From an uncultured Gemmatimonadales bacterium (GTDB lineage: Bacteria > Gemmatimonadota > Gemmatimonadetes > Gemmatimonadales > Gemmatimonadaceae), in the NCBI GenBank assembly GCA_963701965.1, contig OY969695.1:4288001-4352000 (forward strand): 64,000 nucleotides of DNA, in the 5' to 3' direction. This document shows positions 43,664 through 52,419 of this stretch, piece by piece. The notes beneath the pieces were generated by a model. That model searched no databases. It worked only from the letters and a program-made list of their open reading frames with translations, and was not told where the DNA came from. Position 1 is the first letter of the stretch. Every line of letters begins with the position of its first letter. Made by a program: the position numbers and the translations under genes.

Positions 43664-45754
43664 ATGACGACGGCGTGGCGGCCACCGGATACCGACGACG
43701 TCCACGATACGCTCCTCGAGTTCAACGCCCACGTGTTCGAGCTGGCCCGGCATCCCCGCACGCCGCTCGGCGAGCGGGTGCGGTTCCTGACGATTCTCGG
43801 CAGCAATCTCAATGAGTTCTTCACCGTGCACGTCGGCGAGGCGAAGGCCTGGCTCGCCGCCCAAGGCGCTTTCGGGGCCGATGGCGGCCCGCGCGCGGCG
43901 AGCGTCCAGGCATTGATCCGCGAGACCATGCAATCGGCGCGGGCGGCCGGCGCGCTGTTGCGGGGCGCGCGCGAGTGGTTTCGGAACGAATGCCGGCCGG
44001 CGTGCGCGGCAGCCGGGGTGCGGCTGCACCAATGGGATGAGCTCACCGATACATCGCGCGCGGCGGCCGCCGCGTTCTTCGACGCGCAAGTGCGACCCGC
44101 GCTCGGCAACGGGGTCCCGCTGCGTCCGGTGGGCCCCGACGGCCAGGGGATGCCGCACCTTGCCTCATTGGCCCTCGCCTTGGTGGTGACCGCGGATACC
44201 GACGACGCGCTGTACGTCATCCCGATTCCCGCGACGCTCTCACGGGCGGTGGAACTCATCCCCCATGCCGAATACATGGGACTCGAGGACTTGATCCGGG
44301 CGCACGCGGGGGTCCTGACGCCGGCCGGAGCCGGAGCGCACGCGTTCGTCGTCCGCGTGACGCGCGCGTCGGACACGCGACTCGGCCGGTCGCCGGCCGG
44401 TGATCCCGTCGAGACCGCGCGGGCTCTCCTGGCGCGGCGTGAGATGGCGCCGGTCGTGCGATTGGAAGTGAACTGCGCGATGCCGGACGCCGTCCGGAAG
44501 CGACTGCTGGTGCTCTTCCGCGCCGAAGCCCAAGCGGTCGGCGTGGAAGGGTCGACCCTCGACGCGTGCGACGTGTTCGAGACCGATGGCCCGGTCGTCT
44601 CGCTGGAGGGGCTGGATCGCGTGGCGTCCATTCCACGCACCGACTGGGGTTACCCCGCGTTCGCGGCCCGGACGCCGGTACCGGTGGAGCAGTCCCTGTG
44701 GGAGCGCCTGGGAAGCGGCGACGTGTTCGTGCATTTCCCGTACGACGCGTTCGCGTCCTCGATCGCACGGTTCTTCGACGAAGCCGCCGACGATCCGGAC
44801 GTCGTGGCGCTCCGGAGCACGATCTATCGGACGGATCGACACTCGCCGGTCGTCGTCGCCCTGGCGCGGGCGGCCCGGGCCGGAAAGGATGTGCTGGTCG
44901 TCGTCGAGCTGATGGCGCGGTTCGATGAGGCGAGCAATCTCGATTGGTCGCGGCATCTCTCCGAAGCCGGATGCCGCGTGGTGCACGCGCCGCCGGGTCT
45001 CAAGGTGCACGGCAAGATCGGGCTGGCGATCCGGCGCGAGGGTGGCGCCAACCGCGGCTACGGTTTCGTGAGCACGGGCAACCTCAATGCCGTGACCGCG
45101 ACCCGCTACACCGACTTTGCTCTGTTGACGGCGCGCTCCGACCTGGTCGGGGAAATCGCGACGGTGTTCGATGAAATCGGCTCGGGCGATATGAGCAACC
45201 GGTACACGCGACTGCTCGTCTCACCCACGACCATGCGGACCGCGTTGATCGCCCTCATCGAGCGCGAGGCATCGCGCGGCGCCGCGGGCCGCATTCGCGC
45301 CAAGCTCAATGGCCTCAATGACGATGATATCATCGAGTCCCTCTATGCCGCATCGCGGCAGGGGGCGCGGGTCGACCTCGTGGTGCGCGGCCTGTGCCAG
45401 TTGCGGCCCGGCGTCCCCGGCTTGTCTGATCACATCACCGTCTCCAGCATCGTCGGCCGGTTTCTGGAACACGGACGCATCTATGCGTTTGGGGGCGCGG
45501 GCGGCCCCATCGACTATTACATCGGTTCGGCGGACTGGCGCACCCGCAACATCGCGCATCGCGTGGAGGTGGCGGTGCCCGTCGAAGATCCGGACGCCCG
45601 CCAGCGGATCGAGGAACTGCTCGAGGCCGAGCTGACCGATCCCACGCGCTTCGTCATGCGGACGGATCGTTCGTATGGGCGGGCCGAGACCGACGCCGAG
45701 AGCGTGCAGGAGCGCTGGGTGTCCGGACTGCGTCAGCCGCCGGCGCTGGTGTAG
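43664..45754 (+). CDS. ppk1: Polyphosphate kinase 1 (divergent N-terminus)
   Basis: HFPYD, VELMARFDE, KVHGK, STGN, RFLEH, IGSADW. Confidence 0.9.
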   Translation: MTTAWRPPDTDDVHDTLLEFNAHVFELARHPRTPLGERVRFLTILGSNLNEFFTVHVGEAKAWLAAQGAFGADGGPRAASVQALIRETMQSARAAGALLRGAREWFRNECRPACAAAGVRLHQWDELTDTSRAAAAAFFDAQVRPALGNGVPLRPVGPDGQGMPHLASLALALVVTADTDDALYVIPIPATLSRAVELIPHAEYMGLEDLIRAHAGVLTPAGAGAHAFVVRVTRASDTRLGRSPAGDPVETARALLARREMAPVVRLEVNCAMPDAVRKRLLVLFRAEAQAVGVEGSTLDACDVFETDGPVVSLEGLDRVASIPRTDWGYPAFAARTPVPVEQSLWERLGSGDVFVHFPYDAFASSIARFFDEAADDPDVVALRSTIYRTDRHSPVVVALARAARAGKDVLVVVELMARFDEASNLDWSRHLSEAGCRVVHAPPGLKVHGKIGLAIRREGGANRGYGFVSTGNLNAVTATRYTDFALLTARSDLVGEIATVFDEIGSGDMSNRYTRLLVSPTTMRTALIALIEREASRGAAGRIRAKLNGLNDDDIIESLYAASRQGARVDLVVRGLCQLRPGVPGLSDHITVSSIVGRFLEHGRIYAFGGAGGPIDYYIGSADWRTRNIAHRVEVAVPVEDPDARQRIEELLEAELTDPTRFVMRTDRSYGRAETDAESVQERWVSGLRQPPALV

Positions 45755-46521
45755 CGGCGGAGCGCGCTCGACCACAGCCACCGGGTGAGTCCGAGCGCGA
45801 TCGCGGCCACCAGGACGGCAATGAGCGCGATGCGCGGCGGGTACTGTCCGGTCAGCGCGGCCGCCGGAACCGTAGTCGTCCACGCGATCGGCAGGAGATA
45901 CACGAACAGGATGCGCAGGGCGCCGGGGTAAGCCGACACCGGATAGCGCGCCGCTTCGTACACGCTGTCGAACAGGACGGAGAGATTTTCCACGGCGACG
46001 AACCAGAATGCCGCGCTCATGAGGGTCAGCCACAGGGCGTAGACGAGCGCCGCCGCGGCGATGAACGTGATGCCGAACGCGGCGATCTGGACCACCGATG
46101 GCGCATGGCCCGATGCGCGCCACGCCGCGTAGCCCGCGATCGCGAGGCCGGCAATGACGTCGGCGAATCGCCACACGTCGAGCCGGCGAAACGTCGTGTA
46201 CAGCTGGGCATCGACGGGCCGGGTGAGTACGAGGTCGAGCGAGCCGGTGCGCACGGCGCTCGCGAGTTGACCAATGCCCGGCCGGAAGATCGCTTCGACG
46301 AGACCGGCCAGCGCGTTGAATACGCCGAGCAGCACGACGACCTGCCAGTAGCTCCAGCCGCCGAGACGTGTCGCGTGACTGAAGAAGAGGCCGAGCGTGA
46401 GCAGCGCCGTCAGGAGCCAGAACGCCGTGCCCAGCAGGCTGGCCACGAAGTTGCCCCGGTACTGCAGCTCTTCGGCCGCGTTGACGCGCCACAGCGCGGC
46501 GAGCACGCGCCACGTGATCAT
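45733..46521 (-). CDS. ABC-2 family permease
   Basis: ELQYRGNF, VRTGSLDLVLTRPVD, YPVSAYP. Confidence 0.9.
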   Translation of the reverse strand: MITWRVLAALWRVNAAEELQYRGNFVASLLGTAFWLLTALLTLGLFFSHATRLGGWSYWQVVVLLGVFNALAGLVEAIFRPGIGQLASAVRTGSLDLVLTRPVDAQLYTTFRRLDVWRFADVIAGLAIAGYAAWRASGHAPSVVQIAAFGITFIAAAALVYALWLTLMSAAFWFVAVENLSVLFDSVYEAARYPVSAYPGALRILFVYLLPIAWTTTVPAAALTGQYPPRIALIAVLVAAIALGLTRWLWSSALRRYTSAGG

Positions 46522-47321
46522 CCGCCCACGGCTCCATAGCGGCGAATGCCGCGCCACCAGACCAACCGGTACGCGCCCCACCACACCACGCACCAGAGGA
46601 TCTGCGCGGCGAATCCACTGGCCAGGACATCGGCCGAGCGGGCCGTCCCGGTGAGGACATCGGCGGGGAAGGCGAGCATCGACGGAAACCAGAGCCAGTG
46701 CGCGACGCGCTGGACGCCCGCGGGAAGAAGCGTGAGCGGCGCGATGCGACCCGAGAGAAAGAGCGCGACGCCGAATTGCAACTCCGTCAGCGCCGTCGCC
46801 CGCGTCGTCCAGAACGCGAGGAGGCCGATCGCATAGCCGTTGAAGAACCGGATCCACGCCGCCAGCGCCACGGCGGCGGCCGCCAGCGCCCACCGGCCCG
46901 GGGCGAACGGCAGGCGGGCCGCGGGCCACAGGGCGGCGATCAGCACCCAGGCGGCGACCACGAAGATGGCGGCGCGGGCTTTGTAGGCGATGTTGTCGGC
47001 GATCGCTTCGTGCACGGGACTGATCGGGCGCGCGATGCGAAAATTCATCTCGCCCTCGCGGATCCAACTGTCAATGTACCAGGCGTCCCACGCCGCGGTG
47101 AGTTGGCCGATCAGTGTGACCGCGAAGAAGTAGCGGGCGAAATCCGTCTGGTCGTACCCGCCGACCGCACCGCTCCCGGCGATCGACCACCAGATCCCGA
47201 GCGCGACGGTCGGTTCGGCGATGCCCCACAAGAACCAGATCGCAATGGTGGCGCGGTATTGCAGGTCGACCAGCCAAGCGGCCCGCAGCAGCGCGGCGTA
47301 GCGCTGGATCCACACCGTCAT
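46518..47321 (-). CDS. ABC-2 family permease
   Basis: LQYRA, IREGEMNFRIARP, LSGRIAPL. Confidence 0.9.
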   Translation of the reverse strand: MTVWIQRYAALLRAAWLVDLQYRATIAIWFLWGIAEPTVALGIWWSIAGSGAVGGYDQTDFARYFFAVTLIGQLTAAWDAWYIDSWIREGEMNFRIARPISPVHEAIADNIAYKARAAIFVVAAWVLIAALWPAARLPFAPGRWALAAAAVALAAWIRFFNGYAIGLLAFWTTRATALTELQFGVALFLSGRIAPLTLLPAGVQRVAHWLWFPSMLAFPADVLTGTARSADVLASGFAAQILWCVVWWGAYRLVWWRGIRRYGAVGG

Positions 47322-48292
47322 TCGCGGAACGCCAGTTGGATCACTTCCTCAATGGGCGGGTCTTCGACCACGAGATCGGTGACGGGGACGGCGGCCAGCA
47401 ACCGCGCGCTGATCGCCGCGGCCTGGTCGCGCGGAATCTCCAGCTGGGCGCGCGGAAACGTGAAGTCGATGACGGTGCCGAACCCGGCGAGTTGCTGTCG
47501 CGTCACGCCGTCGCCGAGGACGAGCGCGAGCCGCTTGATCGGCTTGAGCCGCGCCGCCAGGGCGTCGAGCGCGCCATCGTACAGCAGGCGGCCGCGGTTC
47601 ATGGTGAGGACGCGCGACGCGAGCGCGGTCACGTCGGCCATGTAGTGCGACGTGAGCAGGATCGTCGCGCCGTGGCGATCGCGATACGCGGACAGGAACG
47701 CGCGGACGGCCGCTTGCGCGGTGAGGTCGAGGCCCAGGGTCGGCTCGTCGAGGAACAGGATTTCGGGCTGGTGGAGCAGGGCGGCGGCCAGCTCGCATTT
47801 CATCCGTTCGCCGAGCGAGAGCTGCCGCACGGGTTTGTCCACGATGTCGGCCAGGTCGAGGAGCGCGATCAGCTCGTCGCGGCGTGCCCGATACTCGGCG
47901 GCGCCGATCGCGTAGATCGCGCGATTGAGTTGGAACGTCTCGTCAGCCGGGAGGTCCCAGAGCAGCTGTTGTTTGTTGCCCAGCACGAGGGCAATGCGCC
48001 GCTTGAACGCCGACCGGCCGGCCGCGGGATCGAAGCCCGCGACGCGGACGTGGCCGCTGGTCGGGAACAACAGCCCGGTGAGCATCTTGAGCGTCGTCGT
48101 CTTGCCGGCGCCGTTCGGCCCGAGGAACGCCACGATCTCCCCGGGCTCGATCGAGAACGAGACGTCGGCCACGGCCTCGACCGACCGGTACGTCGGTCGC
48201 GCCAACGCGACGATCGCGCTCCAGAGACCCCTGGCCCGCACCTTCACCCGATAGACCTTGCCGAGTGTCTCCGCGACGATGATCGGTGGCAT
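47318..48292 (-). CDS. ABC transporter ATP-binding protein
   Basis: GPNGAGKTT, LSLGERM, FLDEPT, TSHYM. Confidence 0.95.
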   Translation of the reverse strand: MPPIIVAETLGKVYRVKVRARGLWSAIVALARPTYRSVEAVADVSFSIEPGEIVAFLGPNGAGKTTTLKMLTGLLFPTSGHVRVAGFDPAAGRSAFKRRIALVLGNKQQLLWDLPADETFQLNRAIYAIGAAEYRARRDELIALLDLADIVDKPVRQLSLGERMKCELAAALLHQPEILFLDEPTLGLDLTAQAAVRAFLSAYRDRHGATILLTSHYMADVTALASRVLTMNRGRLLYDGALDALAARLKPIKRLALVLGDGVTRQQLAGFGTVIDFTFPRAQLEIPRDQAAAISARLLAAVPVTDLVVEDPPIEEVIQLAFRE

Positions 48293-48463
48293 GCGGAAGT
48301 ATGGCCCTCGCTGTCGCCGCTGGGATACGCGGAGTGCCCTCCGCCGAGGACAGCCTCCTCGACCCAATGGATGCGTGCATGGCATAACTGGCGACAGAGC
48401 AAACGGTTAGATAGGGGCGGATAACGGTTGCGCTAGGCGCGAATCTCGCTTCGCGCCCTTGGC

Positions 48464-48781
48464 ATGAGCGTGTCGACGGAAACCTGCGCCGCGCTGCGCT
48501 CGGCAATCATCGACCAAGTCACCAAAGATCCCGAGCCCGAGTTGGCCGCCCTGGACGATGTGATCCGGCGGCTGACCAGCGAGGGGCACGATCAGCACTT
48601 ACGGGTCGAGCAGTTGCTCTTGGTGCTCAAGTCCTGCTGGCACGATCTGCCATTGGCCATCCGTCGGTTGCCGCGGGCGCACCCCGACGTTCTTCTCGAC
48701 CGCATGGTCCAAGGCTGCATTCGCTCGTACTACGCCAATGCGCGCGTCCCGCGCCGTTCGGGTCGCATCAGCCGGACCTGA
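48464..48781 (+). CDS. Small helical hypothetical protein
   Basis: EQLLLVLKSCW...CIRSYY; resembles small proteins I associate with Gemmatimonadota. Confidence 0.7.
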   Translation: MSVSTETCAALRSAIIDQVTKDPEPELAALDDVIRRLTSEGHDQHLRVEQLLLVLKSCWHDLPLAIRRLPRAHPDVLLDRMVQGCIRSYYANARVPRRSGRISRT

Positions 48782-48784
48782 CGT

Positions 48785-49114
48785 GTGAGCGCGAAGGGTG
48801 CGACTGCCACGGTCTTCGGGTTCGAGCGCGGCGAGTACGTCGACGGGTTCCGGCGCTTGGGGCTCACACTCGACGAAGCGCTCGCGCTCGCCGATCAGTT
48901 GTTCGCGTGGTCACCGCCCCATGTCGCCGCTACGTCCGAGGCATCGATCGCGATCGCGCTCGATCCGGACGTGCTGGCCGCGCTGTCGCTGGTGAGCATG
49001 CGCTGTGACCGGCAGATTCGCGCCGCGCTCGATGCGCTCCCGCCCGCCGCGCGCGCCGGCACGGTGCTCCGGTTCCGGCGTGCACGACTGCAGCTCGGCG
49101 GGCGCGCCGAATAG
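48785..49114 (+). CDS. Hypothetical protein
   Basis: Starts 3 bp after the upstream ORF. Confidence 0.5.
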   Translation: MSAKGATATVFGFERGEYVDGFRRLGLTLDEALALADQLFAWSPPHVAATSEASIAIALDPDVLAALSLVSMRCDRQIRAALDALPPAARAGTVLRFRRARLQLGGRAE

Positions 49115-49162
49115 GGGAAACGCCGTCGTTTCCGTAGTGAGCGCATTCTCATAACTTGGGGC

Positions 49163-50665
49163 ATGTTCTTCTGCCGAGGCGGGGAGTCTCACGCCTGGAC
49201 GGACTCCGATGATGCGGCCAAGTGTTGCAACGGCTATGTGAGGGCCGTGCGTGTCGCCCGTGACGCGGGCGGACACGTCGAGTTGGTCTACTACTGGCGC
49301 CCGTCCGCACCCGCGGCTCCCGCGCCGCGGACCGAGACCGCCGCGGCCGGCATCGCCGGCACGGTGACCCCGCGCGCGCCGTCGCCGGTGCTGACGGTGA
49401 GCGATGGCGCGGCTCGCTCGCACGGGACGGAAAGGACAGACGGGCAGGACGACGGCGCGTTGCGTCATGTCGCGTTCTTTCGCGCGCTGGGCGCCACGGA
49501 GGCGGGGACACCCGAGTGGGAAGCGACATCGGCCGGTCTGGTCGTGCTGCGACTGCTCGACCGGTGGGCCTGGCGCCACATTCCGGAGCGGGCGCCGACG
49601 TTTCGCGAGTTCGTCACGGTGCGGCGCGCCATCGCGCGCGTGCCGGCTGGCCCGGTGCGCGATGCCCTGGAGCTGTTGGCGGCCGCGGTCTCGGTGTTTT
49701 CCGGATCGCGGCCGGCGCCGGTGAACGATTGCCTCATGACGTACGCGCACGCGCTGCGCGATGCGGCGCAGTGGGGCCTCGCGGCCAATGTGTACGACAC
49801 GATCGTCGGCAACGCGCAGGGGACGGCGGCGGCCGCGCTCGTGCCGGAGTGCGCGGTGCGCGCCGCGTTCTGTCTCCGGATGTTGGGGCGGCTGGACGAC
49901 GCGGAGGCCGCGTATCGGCGGGGATTCGAGGTCGCCACGGAAAGCGGTGACCGGCGCAGCGCGCTCCTGGCGCGCATCGGTCTGGCGAGTGTGACCGCCC
50001 GCCGGGGCGCGCTCGCGGACGCGGAGCAGTTGCTCAATGACGTGATCGGAGAGGCGGCGGGGACGGGTCTCGACGCGGTACGGGCCGCGGCGTTGCACGA
50101 TCGTGGCGGCGTTGCGGTCCTGCGGCGGGAGTACGAGGCCGGGGCGCTGCTACTATATGAAGCCTTCGCGCTGTACCAGGATGCCGCGAACCGGGACCGC
50201 GCGCTCAACGACCTGGCGACCGCGTTGGCGAGCCTTGGCCTGCGCGGGGCGGCGCGGGACGCGTACTTCGTCCTGCGCGCGACGTCGAATCAACAGGATC
50301 TGCGGTGGTGGGCTGGGCTCAACCTCATGCGGTTGGCGGTCGGCGACCGGAATGAGGCGGAGTTCGAGCAGTATCGCGGCTTTCTCGTGGCGGAACGGTT
50401 GACCGGAACGCATGCGGCGCACTACGAGCTGTTTGTGGGTGAGGGCCACCGCGCGTTCGGACGGCGCGAGCGGGCGCGCAGCGCCTTCACGCGGGCGGTG
50501 GAGTTGGCGCGACGGTTTCGCGTCCCGTCGGTGCTGGCCAGCGCCGAGGCGGCGCTGGTAACTCCGGAGTCGGCGGCCGGGCGCCCGAGTTCGGAAGACG
50601 CGCCGGCCGGGGCGGTCGCGCGGATCGTGACCGCCATGCGTGCGCTGGCGGGCGCCGCGTCGTGA
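49163..50665 (+). CDS. TPR-like protein
   Basis: Ala-rich helical repeats, e.g. FCLRMLGRLDDAEAAY; paralogue at 61392-62513. Confidence 0.8.
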   Translation: MFFCRGGESHAWTDSDDAAKCCNGYVRAVRVARDAGGHVELVYYWRPSAPAAPAPRTETAAAGIAGTVTPRAPSPVLTVSDGAARSHGTERTDGQDDGALRHVAFFRALGATEAGTPEWEATSAGLVVLRLLDRWAWRHIPERAPTFREFVTVRRAIARVPAGPVRDALELLAAAVSVFSGSRPAPVNDCLMTYAHALRDAAQWGLAANVYDTIVGNAQGTAAAALVPECAVRAAFCLRMLGRLDDAEAAYRRGFEVATESGDRRSALLARIGLASVTARRGALADAEQLLNDVIGEAAGTGLDAVRAAALHDRGGVAVLRREYEAGALLLYEAFALYQDAANRDRALNDLATALASLGLRGAARDAYFVLRATSNQQDLRWWAGLNLMRLAVGDRNEAEFEQYRGFLVAERLTGTHAAHYELFVGEGHRAFGRRERARSAFTRAVELARRFRVPSVLASAEAALVTPESAAGRPSSEDAPAGAVARIVTAMRALAGAAS

Positions 50666-51495
50666 CAATGCGGGTCGAGTTGGGACGGGAGGCGGCGCCG
50701 ATGGACGTGGCCTTCGCGCTGCCGCCCGCGGGCGTCATCGCGTTGCTGTCCGATCGCTTGCTGCAGACGCTCAAGGTCGTCGTCGCCGGGCGCCACAATG
50801 TGATCGCCGTCGAGACGCTCGCCGAGCTGGACGCGGTGCTCCGGGCCGGGGTCGCGGATTGCGTAGTGGTGGACCCGCAAGGGCCGGGACGGCCGGGGGC
50901 CCAGAGTCTGACGCCGCTCTTGGCGCGGTATCCCGGGGTCCATGTGGTCGTGTATACGACTCTGACCGCGGCGTCAATGCACGACGTCGCGGCAATGGGG
51001 TTGCGCAATGTGGTGCTGTTCAACTGCGACGATCGGACGGCCTATTTCCGCGACTTGTTGGAGACGGCGCCGTCGGCGGCGTTGACGGACTCGGTACTGG
51101 CGCACATCGCGCCGGCGCTCTCGCAGTTGCGGCCGGAGTTGCGCCACGCGATCGCCGAATTGTTCCGTGCGCCGGAAACAGTGCGAACGGTCGAAGCCAT
51201 GCGCCGGATCGCCGGGCTCTCACGCATGACGGTCGGGCGCGCGTTGACGCGGGCCGGGCTCGTCTCGCCGGGGCCCATGATGCGGGCGGCGCGGGTGCTG
51301 CGGGTCTACCACTATGTGCGCCGTGGCGGTCTGCGGCTCAAATGGATCGCGCCGCGCCTTGGCTACAGCTCGCCGCGCAAGCTCGCCGACGAGTGCAAAG
51401 CGGTCGCCGGTTTGACGCCGAGGCTGCTGGTCAAGACGGTCGAGCCCGAGGAGTTCGCCGCGTACGTGGCGCGCCGACTCCAGCGCGGGTACTGA
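50662..51495 (+). CDS. AraC-like regulator with degenerate receiver-like N-terminal domain
   Basis: DCVVVDP, VVVYT; C-terminal IAPRLGYSSPRKL...GLTP. Confidence 0.75.
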   Translation: MTMRVELGREAAPMDVAFALPPAGVIALLSDRLLQTLKVVVAGRHNVIAVETLAELDAVLRAGVADCVVVDPQGPGRPGAQSLTPLLARYPGVHVVVYTTLTAASMHDVAAMGLRNVVLFNCDDRTAYFRDLLETAPSAALTDSVLAHIAPALSQLRPELRHAIAELFRAPETVRTVEAMRRIAGLSRMTVGRALTRAGLVSPGPMMRAARVLRVYHYVRRGGLRLKWIAPRLGYSSPRKLADECKAVAGLTPRLLVKTVEPEEFAAYVARRLQRGY

Positions 51496-51662
51496 TGCCG
51501 GGTCGTCACGGCGCGCTCGTCTGTTTCGGCACCCCGGTGCGTCATTCGCAAATTTTGCGTCTTAGTGCGCCGAAACGGGCGGCCGTGTATTGCAGTGTGA
51601 CAGTTTGGGCAGCATACTGACGCTACAGGCAGTCAGCGAGAGTGCGCCGCTGATCGTTTTGC

Positions 51663-52022
51663 GTGTCGCTCACACCCGAGTTGATGCTCGCTGCGCTGTT
51701 TCGGCGTGGTCCCTCGCCGTCGCGGCTACCAGTGCCGCTGTCGTCGGCCGTGCGGTTGACCGGCGCTCGCCACGTGTCGCGCGCGACGCAGCATGGCGAG
51801 ACGGTGCTGCTCGACCGGCACGGTGGCGTCTACTACGCGCTCAACGAGAGCGGGGCCTTCATCTGGGAGATGCTGCGCGGCGGGACGACGTTCGCGGCGA
51901 TCGTCGAGGCGCTCGACGAACGGTATGACGCGCCGCGGGCACAGCTGACGGACGACGCGCGGGCGCTGCTCGACGCGTTGCTGGCCGCGCGTCTGGTGGA
52001 GGCGGAGGGCGCTCCGGCATGA
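51663..52022 (+). CDS. Lasso peptide B1 (PqqD/RRE leader-binding protein)
   Basis: ETVLLD...YYALNESGAFIWEML...LLAARLV. Confidence 0.93.
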   Translation: MSLTPELMLAALFRRGPSPSRLPVPLSSAVRLTGARHVSRATQHGETVLLDRHGGVYYALNESGAFIWEMLRGGTTFAAIVEALDERYDAPRAQLTDDARALLDALLAARLVEAEGAPA

Positions 52023-52399
52023 AGCGGGTCGGTCTGCCGCAGGCGGCGTGCGTCGTGGTCGCCATCAAGGTGCTCTTGATGGTCTTGGGGTTTGCCCGGG
52101 TGCTGCGCCTGCTGGAGTGGCGCGTGCGGCGCAGCCCCGTGAACGCGGAGCCGGAGCGGCCGGCGGTCGAGGGCGTCGCGCACGCGGTGGTCGCGGCGGC
52201 GATCGTCGTACCGGCGCGCGTCGAATGCCTCGAGCAATCGCTCGCGCTCTGGTTCCTGCTGCGGCGGCGCGGCGTCGGGGCGGAACTGGCATTCGGCGTG
52301 CGGCAGTTTCCGTTTGGCGCGCACGCGTGGGTAACGTATCGCGGCGAGCCGGTGAACGAGGACGTGGACGCGCTGCGCCAGTACGCCGTGTTCGCCTGA
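52019..52399 (+). CDS. Lasso peptide B2 leader peptidase
   Basis: CLEQSLAL, LRRRG, FGV, AHAWV (transglutaminase-like Cys-His). Confidence 0.93.
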   Translation: MKRVGLPQAACVVVAIKVLLMVLGFARVLRLLEWRVRRSPVNAEPERPAVEGVAHAVVAAAIVVPARVECLEQSLALWFLLRRRGVGAELAFGVRQFPFGAHAWVTYRGEPVNEDVDALRQYAVFA

Positions 52400-52419
52400 C
52401 GCGCATGCCTGTGAGGCGT

